NCBI RefSeq assembly: GCF_963921235.1
Contig: NC_086097.1
Location: 69,256,001-69,320,000, forward strand
Source: Mobula hypostoma
Lineage: Eukaryota
DNA: 64,000 nt
Direction of reading: 5' to 3'
The notes under the pieces are model-generated. The model searched no databases and was not told the DNA's origin. It saw nothing but the letters and a program-made list of their open reading frames with translations. This document shows, one piece after another, positions 13,400-27,698 of this stretch. The position numbers and the translations under genes were made by a program. Position 1 is the first letter of the stretch. Each line of letters begins with the position of its first letter.

Positions 13400-14180
13400 T
13401 AGGAGAAAAATTAGGCCATTCAGCCCATTGTGTCTGATCCACCATTCCTTCATGGCTGATTTATTATCTCTCTCAACCCTATTTTCATTCCTTCTCCCTG
13501 TAACCATTGATGTCCTGACATTTCAAGAACCCATCAACTTCCGCTTGAAATCTACCCAATGACTTGGCCTGCATCATTGTCTGCAGCAATGAATTCCACA
13601 GAATCCCCATCCTCTGGCTAATAAAAACAAAATCATCCTCCTCCTATTGTAAAGGGACATCCTTCTATTTTGAGGTGGTGCCCTCTGGTCTTAAACTCCC
13701 CCACTATAGTTAACATCTTCTCCACATCCAGTCTTGGTCTAAAATCCTTAAATCTCTTTCCCAAGAGGTCTGTGATTATTTTCATCAAAAGGACTACAGC
13801 AGTTAAAGACCACCTCAGGGATGTGAATATATGCTGGCCTTGCTAACAATGGCAAGATCGGTGAAAATGAACAAACAAAAAGTGTGGGGAGTTCTATACT
13901 GAACCCCATCCAATGCTAGCACATCCTTTTTCTTAGATAAAAGGGCCCAAAGCTGCTCACTCACAATACTGTAAGTGTGATCTGCCTAATGCCTCAAAGT
14001 TTCAGCATTACATCCTTGCTTTTATTCTAGTCCTCTCAAAATGAATGCTAACATTTCATTTGCCTTCCTCACCACCGACTCAACCTGCATGTTAACCTTT
14101 AGGGAATCCTCCACAAGGACTCCCAAGTCCCTTTGCGTCTCAGATTTCTGAATTTTCTCCCCATTTAGGAAATAGTCTGT
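13400..14180 (-). mobile_element. Degraded CR1 3' fragments
   Basis: AGGCCATTCAGCCC...CATGGCTGAT 3' UTR and AATGAATGCTAACAT...GCCTTCCTCACC segments are the reverse complement of the CR1 sequence at about 24020-24170 and 27080-27700. Confidence 0.65.
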
Positions 14181-14294
14181 GCAAGACCACACCTAGAACC
14201 AATGGGCTCAAAAGGTAAATATTCTGGTAACTGAAATCAGATCTTAAACAAAAGAAGATTATTGGAGGTCTCATTATATTCCCAGGATTTTGCT

Positions 14295-15222
14295 GTCAGG
14301 AGTTCCTCAGAGCAGTGTCCTTGGTTCAATAACTTTCAACTGCTTTATCAAAGACCTCTTTTCAACATATGGTCAGTACTGAGGATGTTAGTAGATGATT
14401 TTACAGTGTTCGGTGAAATTTGACACTCAGCAAATGAAGCAGTCCATGCCTACATGCAGCAAGACATGGCCAGCATTCAGGTGTGAGCTAACAAATGTTT
14501 ACTGCCATTTAAGTCACAAAGTAACCAGGCAATCCCCAACAAGAGTCACTTAACTACTTACCGTCAACAATCAGTGCCATTACCTCCCTCTCCAGCAACA
14601 CCCTGACAGTGATCACTGACCAGAAACTCATTTAGAACAGCCAAGTCAACACTGTCTCTGAGAACACTTCAGAGGTTTGATATGCAGTAAAGAGTGATCA
14701 GCTTCCCTAGAAAGTAAAACTGCTCCACCAGCATTAAGGCAGAAGTCAGAACTGAAATGAACTGTTCTTCACTTTTCTGGATGAATAAAGCTCTACCAGA
14801 CCTCAAGTTGGTCAACATCATCTGGACAAGGCAGTCCACTCAACAGGCACACCATTCTGAACATTCAATCCCTCCACCATCACGTACAGTCTCTGCAGTA
14901 TGAACCAACCACAAAGTGAGCTGCTCTGGCTACTCTGACAACCTTCCAGATCTGTGTTCCACACCAACAAGGTGTTTTGGGACAGCCATCATCCACAGAT
15001 ACCCCTTCTAATCACATTGAATCTTGACTTGGCAATTTATGGCTGGTCCTTTACCGTTTCTGGGTCTTAAGTCCTGCCCAAGGGCACTGTGGTGATTATT
15101 TTCATCGGACAGACTGCAGCAGTTTGAGAAGTTACCTTCCCACAATCTTCTTAGGGATAGGAGTATACAGCATGTTGGCCTTACTACCAATGCCAAGATC
15201 TCTGAAAATGAATTAACAAAAA
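14295..15222 (+). mobile_element. Old LINE 3' fragment (probably L2-like)
   Basis: Eroded GVPQGSVLG (GGAGTTCCTCAGAGCAGTGTCCTTGG) and a 3' end similar to 17335-17640 and 21207-21332. Confidence 0.5.
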
Positions 15223-15461
15223 GTAGTATGGAGTAGCTAAATAAAAACACAAGTTATAGTGGAGTTAATGTTGAAGGAGATATAAAGCATCCTCTTGCAA
15301 CAATGACCCTCTAAGGGTGAGTTGTGTAACTAGGGCCTCACAATGTGATTGGAAAGGGAGTTTGAAAGAGGAGATAGATCCAATTGTGTGGAATTTTGTT
15401 GGGACCAACTAATATGGCAAAAATAGAGGCCTTGATTAGGAAATAAATTGAAAAGCAGAGG

Positions 15462-16086
15462 GAGCAGAAGATGGTGGCGCGATGCAGCGCGCGCGGCCTT
15501 TCGGAATGATATCATATGTGTTAACAAGGGGACCATGCACAATCCTGATTTGATGGAGACAGCCGTGAGAAGCACTGAGGAACACCTGGAGAAACTTCTG
15601 AAATGCCTGCTTCGCTGCCGCTGCTACCGTGCGATTGAGAATCTCTGGAGGGGAAGGCCCCAAATCCTCGGCTTTGCCTGTTGCCGGGGCCGGGGTCGAA
15701 GCGCTCGGCAGAGATGGTGCTTGGTGCTGGAGAGCTGGTCGGAGGCTCGGAGTTTTCGGATGGACTCGGAGTCGGACTGTGGTCAGATGCTGCATCAGCA
15801 AGTTTGTGGCGCTGGAGGTTCACCGTCTGCATGAGATGATGGGATTTTTGAGAGACTTTGAGACTTTTTACCATGCCCATGGTCTGTTCTTTATCAAATT
15901 ACGGTACTGCTTTGCACTGTTGTAACTATATGTTATAATTATATGGTTTTTGTCAGTTTTTCAGTCCACTTGTCATGTGTCTCTGTGATATCATTCTGGA
16001 GAAACATTGTATCATTTCTTAATGCATGCATTACTAAATGACAATAAAAGAGGACTGCGTGTCCTCATAGTCTAGTCTAATCTAAT
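15462..16086 (+). mobile_element. Non-autonomous SINE-like retroposon with (TCTAA)n tail
   Basis: Starts AAGATGGTGGCGCGATGCAGC and ends AATAAA...GTCCTCATAG(TCTAR)3; a second copy lies on the minus strand at 58652-59310. Confidence 0.75.
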
Positions 16087-17334
16087 GCCAGAATTATCTA
16101 AACTAAGTAATAATTGACATGGAAACAAAGTAACCAGTCAGCATAACCCGAAAGGAGTGGTGTAGTGAGGAGGGTTCCTTTTCCTGGGAAATTGCCGTGG
16201 AAATATGGGGTTGCAGGACTGGGATGAGCTCCACCTGAACCTAATTGGGACCAAAAACCCAACTGAAAGCTAGTAGAAAGAATTATTTAGCTAATAATGA
16301 TAGCTATGGTTATAAAGAAGTAACATAAAAATTTATAGTTTATAGCGTTTAAAAATTGATTGTAATCCTGATATTATCAATTGATGACATACTTTTTAAT
16401 GATTTTCAGAAGAACCGTAGTAGTAGCAATTTTTTTTAAAAAACTGAAGTAGTTAAAGTATCATCAGCAATACTGAGAGAAAGATGGGTCAGAGTTTCCT
16501 TTCCAGATAAGAGATTTATATACCAAGTAGGAGTACAGGATATAAAGTGACTAGATTAGGGGAACAAATACATCTTGGAGACTATGACATAGTAGTCACC
16601 CCACTAAGTGTCGATGAACTAACCGTGACTGGGAGTTAAACTTTCTAGAGGGTAAGGTCATTAGAAAGGGTTGAGAATCTGGAAGAGCAGAAGGGGTAAG
16701 TAATCTTGTTGTTTAAAGTACTGTTACAGTATCACTTTAAACAGATATAGATAAGGGGAAAGTAACCAGAGAAAACTGGTTACGTTTGAGTAAGCGAGGA
16801 CAAAACTGAAGAACATTTTCATCAGCTAACAACATGATGGCAGTATATATTGATAAGAAAAGCTTAGAACGTAAGCAGCATTGTTTTACTGGGAAACTTA
16901 AGTTTTCGCACAGCTTTTTTCCTAAATTTCTTGAATACACCGAATAGTTTTTGTAAGAAAATGTGTCACTAAACCTGTAAATGGGCAACGTTAGATTTTT
17001 TTCTTGACCCAGAGTTAATTAATAAAATAATATCTGCTATTAATGAAAGGATGATCAAATTAAATGTAAAATTGGTTAAGATGCTAAATTATAAATGCTC
17101 CAGATCACCCGAGGCTTAAGTTGTCAAAACTTACCACTTATTATTGGGAGGTGTTCAAGAAAGAATTTTAGTCAACACAGGATTGCAACCACATACTTCA
17201 CATGAGCTCTGGTTATCAATTGAAAAAGACATGATCCACAAGAGAGGTGAACGATTACATAAGAATAGAACATACAAAAGTGTTACAAGTTAGGTTTATC
17301 CAGATATTACCAACATATATACAATATGAAAAAA

Positions 17335-20300
17335 ATCCAGTACATGGCACCCCTTCCACAAGCATCCAATCCCTCCACCACCGACGAACAGATGCAGCAG
17401 TGTGTACTATCTAAAAGATCCACTGCAACAACACACCAAAGTTCCTAAGGCAGCACCTTCCAGACCCGCGACCACTACCATCTAGAAGGACGAGGACAGC
17501 AGGTACCTGGGAACACCACCACTTGGAAATTCCCCTCCCAGTCACTCACCATCCTGACTTGGAAACATATCGCTGTTCCTTCATTGTTGCTGGGTCAAAA
17601 TCATGGAATTCCCTCCCTAACAGCACTGTGAGTGAACCTACATAGAAACATAGAAAATAGGTGCAGGAGTTGGCCATTCGGCTCTTCGAGCCTGCACCAC
17701 CATTCAGTATGATCATGGCTGATCATCCAACTCAGAGCCCTGTACCAGCCTTCCCTCCATACCCCCTGATCCCTTTAGCCAATGAACTGGCCTCAACTGT
17801 TTCCTGTGGCAGAGAATTCCACAGATTCACCACTATCTGTGTGAAGAAGTTTTTCCTAATCTTGGTCCTAAAAGGCTTCCCCTTTATCCTCCAACTATTA
17901 CCCTTCGTTCTGGACTTCCCCAACATCGGGAACAATATTCCTGCATCTAGCCTGTCCAATCCCTTTAGGATTTTATACGTTTCAATAAGATCCGCCCTCA
18001 ATCTTCTAAATTCCAACAAATATAAGCCTAGTTGATCCAGTCTTTCATCATATGAAAGTCCTGCCATCCCAGGGATCAATCTGGTGAACCTTCTTTGTAC
18101 TCCCTCTATGGCAAGGAAGTCTTTCCTCAGATTAGGGGACCAAATCTGCACACAATACTCCAGGTGTGGTCTCACCAAGGCCTTGTACAACTGCAGTAGT
18201 ACCTCCTTGCTCCTGTACTTGAATCCTTTTGCTATGAATGCCAGCATACCATTTGCCTTTTTCACCGCCTACTGTACCTGCATGCCCACTTTCAATGACT
18301 GGTGTATAATGACACCCAGGTCTCGTTGTACCTCCCCTTTTCCTAATCAACCACCATTCAAATAATAATCTGTTTTCCTGTTTTTGCCACCAAAGTGGAT
18401 AACCTCACATTTATCCACATTAAATTGCATCTGCCATGAATTTGCCCACTCACCCAACCTATCCAAGTCACCCTGCATCCTCTTAGCATCCTCCTCACAG
18501 CTAACACTGCCGCCCAGCTTCGTGTCATCCACAAACTTGGAGATGCTGCATTTAATTCCCTCATCTAAGTCATTAATATATATTGTAAACAAGTGGGGTC
18601 CCAGCACCAAGCCTTGCGGTACCCCACTAGTCACTGTCTGCCATTCTGAAAAGGTCTCGTTTATTCCCACTCTTTGCTTCCTGTCTGCCAACCAATTCTC
18701 TATCCACATCAATACTTTACCCCCAATACCGTGTGCTTTAAGTTTGCACACTAATCTCCTGTGTGGGACCTTGTCACAAGCCTTCTGAAAATCCAAATAT
18801 ACCACATCCACTGGTTCTCCCCTATCCACTCTACTAATTACATCCTCAAAAAATTCTATGAGATTCGTCAGACATGCTTTTCCTTTCACAAATCCATGCT
18901 GACTTTGTCCGATCATTTCACCGCTTTCCAAACATGCTGTTATCACATCTTTGATAACTGACTCTAGCATTTTACCCACCACCGATGTTAGGCTAACCGG
19001 TCTATAATTCCCAGTTTCTCTCTCCCTCCTTTTTTAAAAAGTGGGGTTACATTAGCCACCCTCCAATCCTCAGGAACTAGTCCAGAATCTAAAGAGTTTT
19101 GAAAAATTATCACTAATGCATCCATTATTTCTTGGGCTACTTCCTTAAGCACTCTGGGATGCAGACCATCTGGCCCAAGGGATTTATGTGCCTTTAATCC
19201 CTTCAATTTACCTAACACCACTTCCCTACTAACATCTATTTTAACATCTATTTCCCTCAGCTCCTCTATTTCACTGGACCCTCTGTCCCCTACTATTTCC
19301 AGAAGGTTATTTATGTCCTCCTTAGTGAAGGCAGAACCAAAGTAGTTATTCAATTGGTCTGCCATGTCCTTGCTCCCCATAATCAATTCACCTGTTTCTG
19401 TCTGTAGGGGACCTACATTTGTCTTAACCAATCCTTTTCTTTTCACATATCTATAAAAGCTTTTACAGTCAGTTTTTATGTTCCCTGCCAGTTTTCTCTC
19501 ATAACCTTTTTTCCCTTTCCTAATTAAGCCCTTTGTCCTCCTCTGCTGGACTCTGAATTTCTCCCAGTCCTCAGGTGAGCCACTTTTTCTGGCTAATTTG
19601 TATGCTTCTTCTTTGGAATTGATACTATCCCTAATTTCTCTTGTCAGCCATGGGTGCACTACCTTCCCTGATTTATTCTTTTGCCAAACTGGGATGAACA
19701 TTTGTTGTAGTTCATTCATGCGATCTTTAAATGCTTGCCATTGCATATCCACCATCAACCCTTTAAGTGTCATTTGCCAGTCTATCTTAGCTAATTCACG
19801 TCTCATACCTTCAAAGTTACCCTTCTTTAAGTTCAGAACCTTTGTTTCTGAATTAACTATGTCACTCTCCATCTTAATGAAGAATTCCACCATATTGTGG
19901 TCACTCTTACCCAAGGGGCCTCTCACGACAAGATTGCTAATTAACCCTTCCTCATTGCTCAATACCCAGTCTAGAATAGCCTGCTCTCTAGTTGGTTCCT
20001 CAACATGTTGTTTCAAAAAACCATCCCGCATACATTCCAAGAAATCCTCTTCCTCAGCACCCTTACCAATTTGGTTCACCCAATCTATATGTAGATTGAA
20101 GTCACCCATTATAACTGCTGTTCCTTTACTGCACGCATTTCTAATTTCCTGTTTAATACCATCCCCAACCTCACTAATACTGTTAGGTGGCCAGTACATA
20201 ACTCCCACCAGCATTTTCTGCCCCTTAGTGTTATGCAGCTCTAGCCATATCGATTCACATCCTCCCGGCTAATGTCCTTCCTTTCTATTGTGTTAATCTC

Positions 20301-21332
20301 CTCTCTAACCAGCAATGCTACCCTACCTCCTTTTCTTTCATGTCTATCCCTCCTGAATATTGAATATCCCTGAATGTCGAACTCCCATCCTTGGTCACCC
20401 TGGAGCCATGTCTCTGTGATCCCAACTATATCATATTCATTAATAACAATCTGCACTTTTAATTCATCCACCTTGTTACGAATGCTCCTTGCATTGACAC
20501 AAAAAGCCTTCAGACTCACTTTTACAACACTCTTAGCCCTTATACAATTATGTTGAAAAGTGGCCCTTTTTGATTTTTGCCCTGGATTTGCCAGCCTGCC
20601 ACTTTTACTTTTCACCTTACTACTTTTTGCTTCTACCCTCATTTTACACCCCTCTGTCTCTCTGCACTTGTTCCCATCCCCCTGTTGTGAACTAACCTCC
20701 TCTCTCCTAGTCTCTTTAATTTGATTCCCACCCCCCAACCATTCTAGTTTAAAGTCACCTCAGTAGCCCTCGCAAATCTCCCCGCCAGGATATTGGTCCC
20801 CCTAGGTTTCAAGTGTAACCCGTCCTTTTTGTACAGGTCACACCTGCGCCAAAAGAGATCCCAATGATCCAAAAACTTGGATCCCTGCCCCTGCTCCAAT
20901 CCCTCAGCCACGCATTTATCCTCCACCTCATTGCATTCTTACTCTCACTGTCACATGGCACAGGCAGGAATCCCAAGATTACTACCTTTGCGGTCCTTTT
21001 TCTCAACTCCCTTCCTAACTCCCTATATTCTCCTTTCAGGACCTCTTCCCTTTTCCTACTTATGTCATTGGTACCTATATGTATCACAACCTCTGGCTCC
21101 TCACCCTCCCACTTCAGGATATCTTGGACGCAATCAGGAATATCCCAGACCCTGGCACCAGGGAGGCAAACTACCATCCGGGTCTCTGGACTGCGTCCAC
21201 AGAATTGCCTCAGGGACTGCAGTGGTTCAAGAAGGCAGCTCATCACCATCTTCTCAAGGGCAACTAGGGATGGGCAATAAATGCCAGCTTAGCTGGTGAT
21301 GCCCACATCCCATAAATGAATGAATAAAAAAA
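17335..21332 (+). mobile_element. L2-like LINE 3' fragment (17335-17640 plus 21207-21332) split by a CR1 insertion
   Basis: The two parts are colinear with the uninterrupted copy at about 14860-15222; ends AATAAATGCCAGC...ATGAATGAATAAAAAAA. Confidence 0.6.
17641..21208 (-). mobile_element. CR1 LINE: ORF1 esterase (SGNH-like) C-terminus plus ORF2 APE and RT, with frameshifts
   Basis: ORF 20809-21249 (LPGARV...HIGTND) and DGLHL; ORF2 motifs NARSIRNK, ITETWL, MGDFN, GKSDH, YLDFQKA, GVPQG, FVDDTK and RPHLEYC; (TATGTTTC)n tail. Confidence 0.93.
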
Positions 21333-21399
21333 TGAAGAGAAATCAAAGATGTTGAGAGACTGGAAGTGGGAAGCATTTTCCTTTAGAAAACAATATTTT

Positions 21400-24300
21400 G
21401 GAGAGCGAGGGGGAGCAGCCAGATGCCTTGGTTCATACAGTATTGGTACCAATGACATAGGAAGGAAAAGCAATGAGGTCCTGAAAAGAGAATTTAGAGA
21501 GCTAGGTAGGAAGCTGAGAAGCAGGATCTCCCTGGTAGAAACAGGATGATTTGGCAGATAAATGCATGGCTGAGAAGTTGGTGCAGGGGGCAGGGCTTCA
21601 GGTTCTTGGATAATTGGGATCTCTTCTAGGGGAGGTATGACCTGTTCAAAAGTGATGGGTTACACCTGAACCCGAGGGGAACTAATATTCTCATGGGCAG
21701 GTTTGTTAGAGCTGTTGGGAAGGGTTTAAATTAACTTGGCAGTGGGGTGGGAACTGGAGTGAAGGGACTCGGGATAGGACGGATGGTAAAAAAGTAAAGA
21801 TAGTGTGCAGTCAGATTGTCAGGAAGGGCAGGCAGGTAATGGGACTTAGATGCAGCCAACAGGCTGAGTATCAAAACATTAGGGATGCAGAATCAGAAAG
21901 GATAGCAAATACGGTGTTGTATCTAAATGCGTTTAGTATAAGAAATAAGGTGGATAATCTTGTTGCAATATTACAGATTGCCGGGTATGATGTTGTGGCC
22001 CTCACTGAATCATGGTTGAAGGATGGTTGTAGTTGGGTGCTGAATGTCCAAGGTTACACGTTATATTGGAGAGATAGGAAAGAAGGCAGAGGGGGTGGTG
22101 TTGCTCTACTGCCAAAGAAGGCGTCAAATCAGTAGAAAGATGTGACATAGGATTGGAAGATGTTGAATCCTTGTGGGTTGAGTTAAGAAACTGCAAGAGT
22201 AAAAGGACGTTGATGGCAGTTATATACAGGCCTCCCAACAGTGGCTGGGAGGTGGACCACAGGTTACAACAGGAAATAGAAAAGGCGAGTCAAAAGTACA
22301 ATGTGATGGTAGTCATGGGAGATTTTAACATGCAGATCGATTGGGAAAATCAGGTTGGTAATGGATCTCAAGAGAGTGAGTTTGTTGAAGGCCTAAGAGA
22401 TAGCTTTTTAAAGCGGTTTGTCATTGAGCCTACTAGGGGATCAGCTAAACTGGATTGGGTGTTATGTAATGAACCAGAGGCGAATAGGGAGCTTAAGGTA
22501 AAAGAACCCTTAGGAACCAGTGATCGCAATATGATTGTGTTGAACTTGAAATTTGATAGGGAGAAAGTAAAGTCTGACGTAGCAGTATTTCAGTGGAGTA
22601 AGAGAAATTACAGTGGTATGAGAGAGCAGTTGGCCAAAGTAAATTGGAAGGAGCTGCTGGCAGGGATGTCAGAAGAGCAGCAATGGCTGGCATTTCTGGG
22701 AAAAATGAGGAAGATGCAGGATATGTGTATTCCAAAAATGAAGAAATACTCAAATGGTGAAACAGTACAACTGTGGCTGACAAGGGAAGTCAAAGCTATT
22801 GTAAAAGCAAAAGAAAGGGCATACAACAAAGCAAAAATTAGTGAGAAGATAGAGGATTGGGAAGTTTTTAAAAACCTACAGAAAGCAACTAAAAATATTA
22901 GAAAGGAAAAGATGAACAACGAAAGTAAGCTAGCCAATAATATCAAAGTGGATAGTAAAAGTTTTTTCAGGTATGTTAAAAAGAAAAGAGAAATAACACT
23001 GGATATAGGACCGCTAGAAAATGAGGCAGGAAAAATAATAATGGGGGACAAGGAGATGGGTGCTGAACTAAATGAGTATTTTGCATCAGCTTCACTGTGG
23101 AAGACGCTAGCAGTATGCCAGATGTTGTAGTGTGTGAAGGAAGAGAAGTGCGTGCAGTTACTGTTACAAGAGAGAAGGTGCTCAAAAAGCTGAAAGACCT
23201 AAAGGTACATAAGTCACCTGGACCAGATAAACTGCATCCTGGAGTTCTGAAAGAGGTAACGTTAAAGATTATGGTGGCATTAGAAATGATCTTTCAAAAA
23301 TCATTGGAGTCTGGCATGGTGCCAGAGGACTGGAAAATTGCAAATGTTACTCCACTCTTTAAGAAAAGAGGAAGGCAGCAGAAAGGAAATTATAGACAAG
23401 TTAGCCTGACCTCAGTGGTTGGGAAGGTGTTGGAGTCAATTGTTAAGGATGAGGTGATGGAGTATTTAGTGACATAGGACAGGATAGTACAAAGTCAGCA
23501 TGGGTTCCTTCAGGGAAAATCCTGCTTGACAAATCTGTTGGAATTCTTTGAGGAGATTACAAATAGGATAGATAAAGGGGATGCAGTTGATGTATATTTG
23601 GACTTTCAGAAGCTCTTTGACAAGGTGCCACACATGAGGCTGCTTACCAAGTTAAGAGCCCTTAGCATTACAGGAAAGTTACTGACACGGTTAGAGCATT
23701 GGCTGATTGGTAGGAGGCAGTGAGTGGGAATAAAAGAATCCTTTTCTGGTTGGCTGCCAGTGACTAGTGGTGTTCCGCAGGGATTGGTGTTGGGACCACT
23801 TCTTATTATGCTGTATATAAATGATTTAAATGATGGAATCGATGGCTTTGTTGCCAAGTATGCAGATGATATGAAGATTGGTGGAGGGGCAGGTAGTATT
23901 GAGGAAACAGGAAGGCTGCAGAAGTACTTAGACAGATTGGAAGAATGGGCAAGAAAGTGGTAAATAAAATGCAATGCTGTAAAATGCATGGTCATGCACT
24001 TTGGTAGCAGAAATAAACATGTGGACTATTTTATAAACGGGGAGAAAATCCAGGAATCTGAGATGCAGAGGGACTTGTGAATCCTTGTGCAGAACACCCT
24101 GAAGGTTATCTGCAGGTTGAGACAATGGTAAGGAAGGCAAATGCCATGTTAGCATTCGTTTCAAGAGGTCCAGAAGAGCTGGGCTGCTGGTCAGATTGAA
24201 GCTGAAGGGTTTCAGGGTCCCTGTGCCCACCATCCTACTAGCTAATGTGCAAGCCATAGAGAACAAGGTGGATGATCTTAAAGGGAGACTCACCTACTGC

Positions 24301-27300
24301 AGGGAGATGCAGAACTGCTGTGTATTCTGTTTCACCGGGACCTGGCTGTCCCCTGCCACCCCCCGACTGTGCCATCCGACCGGAGGGATTTTTGATCTAT
24401 TGGATGGACCGCACAGCATCTTCGGGCAAGACGAGGGGAGGTGGTGTCTGCCTACTGATCAACATTGCGTGGTGCTCGGACACAGTGGCACTGACAAGCT
24501 CCTGCAGCCCGGACCTGGTACACCTGTCGGTGAAGTGTCGTCCCTACTATCCGCCACGGGAATTCATCTCGGTCATAGTGACAGCGGTCTACATTCCCCC
24601 CCAGGTGGACGTGCAGTGTGCTCTGAACATACTGTATACCAACATCAGTGAACTTGAGACCAGGTATCTGGAGGCTTTGCTCATTACAGCCAGAGACTTT
24701 AACCAGGCCAACCTCAGAAAGGCGCTGCCAAAGTTATACCAACATGTCTCCTGCCCCACTAGTGGCCCGAATATACTTGACCACTGCTACATGGCAGTCA
24801 AGGATGCCTACCGTTCCGTCCCACGACCTCACTTCGGAAAATCGGACCATCAGGCCGTACTCCTCCTCCTGGCTTACAAACTGAAACGGGTTGTCACGGT
24901 GTCAAAAGTAGTGTCGCGTTGGACGGAGGAAACAGATGAGGTCCTCCGTGACTGCTTTGAATCGGTGGACTGGTTAGTATTTAAGGACTCGGCAGCTAAC
25001 CTCAATGAGTATGTCTCAGCTGTCATGGACTTTATTTGGAAATGCACGGAGGACTGTGTGTCTCCGGGTATTCCCTAACTGGAAACCTTGAATGAATTAT
25101 GAGGTCAAGTCCCTTTTAAAGGCTAGAGCTGCGACCTTTAGGTCTGGGGATACCAGTTGCTACACGGAATCCAGGTGTGAACTCTGGAAAGCCATTAAGG
25201 GTGCCAAGAGGCAATATCGAGCCAAGTTGAAAGCCCAGGCTAACCAAAGGGATGCCAGTAGACTATGGCAGGGTCTAAATGAAATCACTGGGCGCAAAGA
25301 AAAGGCTGGGAATATCAATAACTGTGGCGCTTCTCTTCCTGACGAACTTAACGTATTCTACGCAAGATTCAAACAGAAGAGGAGCGTCCCGCTCCCTCTG
25401 GATGAACCAGGCCTGGTTGCATCGAGATTCATCATCACCGAGGAGGACATTAGAAGGGCCTTCCTGAAGATAAATCCAAGGAAGGCGACGGGCCCAGATG
25501 GCGTCCCGGGATGGGTTCTCTGGGCCTCTGCAAGCGAGCTAGCTGGAGTGTTTGCTGACATCTTCAACTGCTCCTTGCTTCAGTCTAAGATCCCCTCGTG
25601 TTTTAAGAAGGCAATGATAATCCCAGTGCTGAAGAAGAGCAAGGTGGCATGCCTGAATGACTATCGACCTGTGGCTCTGACATCAATTGCTATGAAGTGC
25701 TTCGAGAGATTGGTTATGGCACACATCAACCACAGCCTACCAGTCAACCTTGATGCTTTGCAATTCACCTACCAGAGCAACAGGTCAACGGCAGATGCCA
25801 TCTCTCTGGCCCGACGTTCCTCCTTAGAACACCTGGAGAATAAAGATGCATACGTAAGGCTCCTTTTCATTGACTACAGCTCTGCCTTTAATACCATCAT
25901 TCCAAATAAACTGATTCCTCAGCTCCGGAACCCTGGGCCTTAGCACTCAGATCTGCAGCTGGATCTTCAACTTCCTCACAGACAGGACCCAGGCTGTAAA
26001 AATAGGGGACAAGCTCTCCTCTACAATCACTCTGAGCACCAGTGCCCCACAAGGCTGTGTACTCAGCCCCCTGCTGTACTCACCGTACACCCATGATTGC
26101 GTAGCCAAATTTCCATCAAACTCAAAATTTAAGTTTGCTGATGACACAGCAATTGTAGGCCGTATCTCGGGTAATGATGAGTTTGAGTACAGAGAGGAAA
26201 TTAAGAACCTGGTGGCATGGTGCAAAGACAATAACCTATCCCTCAACGTGAGCAAAACAAAGGAATTGGTTGTTGACTTCAGAAGGAGTAGCGGACCGCA
26301 TGACCCAATTTACATCGGTGGTGTGCAAGTGGAACAGGTCAAGAGCTTTAAGTTCCTCGGGGTCAATATCACAAATGACCTGACTTGGTCCAACCAAGCA
26401 GAGTTCACTGCCAAGAAGGCCCACCAGCACCTTTACTTCCTGAGAAAACTAAAGAAATTTGGCCTGTCCCCTAAAACCCTCACTAATTTTTATAGATGCA
26501 CCGTAGAAAGCATTCTTCTAGGGTGCATCACAACCTGGTATGGAAGTTGTCTTGTCCAAGACCGAAAGAAGCTGCAGAAGATCGTGAACACGGCGCAGCA
26601 CATCACACAATCCAATCTTTCGTCCGTGGACTCACTTTATACCGCACTTTGTCAGAGCAGTGCTGCCAGGATAATCAAGTACACGACCCACCCAGCCAAC
26701 ACACTTTTCGTCCCTCTTCCCTCTGGGAGAAGGCTCAGGAGCTTGAAGACTCATACTGCCAGATTTGGGAACAGCTCCTTTCCAACTGTGATAAGGCTGC
26801 TGAACGGATCCTGACCCGGATCTAGGCTGTACCCTTCAAATATCCAGAGCTGCCTCTCGGTTTTTTTGCATTACCTTACTTCTCATCTTTCTATTTTCTA
26901 TTTATGATTTATAATTTAATTTTTTAATATTTACTAATTTTAACTATTTATAATATTTTTAATATTTGATATTTATAATCCAGGGAGTGTGAAGCGCAGA
27001 ATCAAATATCGCTGGGATGATTGTACGTTCTAGTACTAATTGTTTGGTGACAATAAAGTATAAAGTATAAAAGTATAGAATACAAGAACAAGAATGTGAT
27101 ACTGGAGGCTTTATAAGACACTGGTGAGGCCCTACCTTGAGTATTGTGAACAGTTTTGGGGCCCTCATTTTAGAAAAGATGTGCTGGCATTGGAGAGGGT
27201 CCAGAGGAGGTTCACAAGGATGATTCCAGGAATGAAAGGGTTATCATATGAGGAACATTTGATGGCTCTGGGTCTGTACTTGCAGGAATTCAGAAGGATG

Positions 27301-27698
27301 AGGGGGGATCTCAGTGAAACCTTTCAAATGTTGAAAGGCCTTAACAGAATGGATGTGGAAAGGATGTTTCCCATGGTGGGAGAGTCTAGGACAAGAGGGC
27401 ACAGCCTCAGGATGGAAGGGCGCCCTTTCAAAACAGAGATGCGGAGAAATTTCTTCAGCCAAAGGATGGTGGATTTGTGGGATTTGTTGCCACGTGCAGC
27501 TGTGGAGGCCAGGTCGTTGGGTGTATTTAAGGTAGAGATTGATAGGTTCTTGATTGGACATGACATCAAAGGTTACGGGGAGAAGGCTGGGTACTGGGGT
27601 TAAGGAGAAGATAGGAAAAAGAATCAGCCATGATTGAATGGCGAAGCAAACTCGATGGGCTAGATGGCCTAATTCTGCTCCTATGTTTTATGGTCTTA
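21400..27698 (+). mobile_element. CR1 LINE (ORF1 esterase remnant, APE, RT), interrupted at about 24172-27076
   Basis: ORFs 21803-23963 carry APE and RT motifs (YADD); the frame resumes at ORF 27124-27603 (RPYLEYC...RRFTRMIPG); 3' hairpin region and TATGGTCTTAT tail. Confidence 0.92.
24172..27076 (+). mobile_element. Rex1/Babar-type LINE with nearly complete APE-RT ORF (frameshifted), inserted in CR1
   Basis: [44 protein letters not shown] and FKFLGV; TAAAGTA-type tail at about 27053-27076; CR1 sequence rejoins across the insert. Confidence 0.92.

Noticed and set aside
18988..20214. 408-aa ORF, the longest in the window, as an active gene
   Set aside because: It is an internal piece of CR1 ORF2 bounded by frameshifts; the element is not intact.
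19598..20272. Plus-strand ORFs over CR1, and similar antisense ORFs elsewhere
   Set aside because: They are antisense shadows of LINE coding frames.
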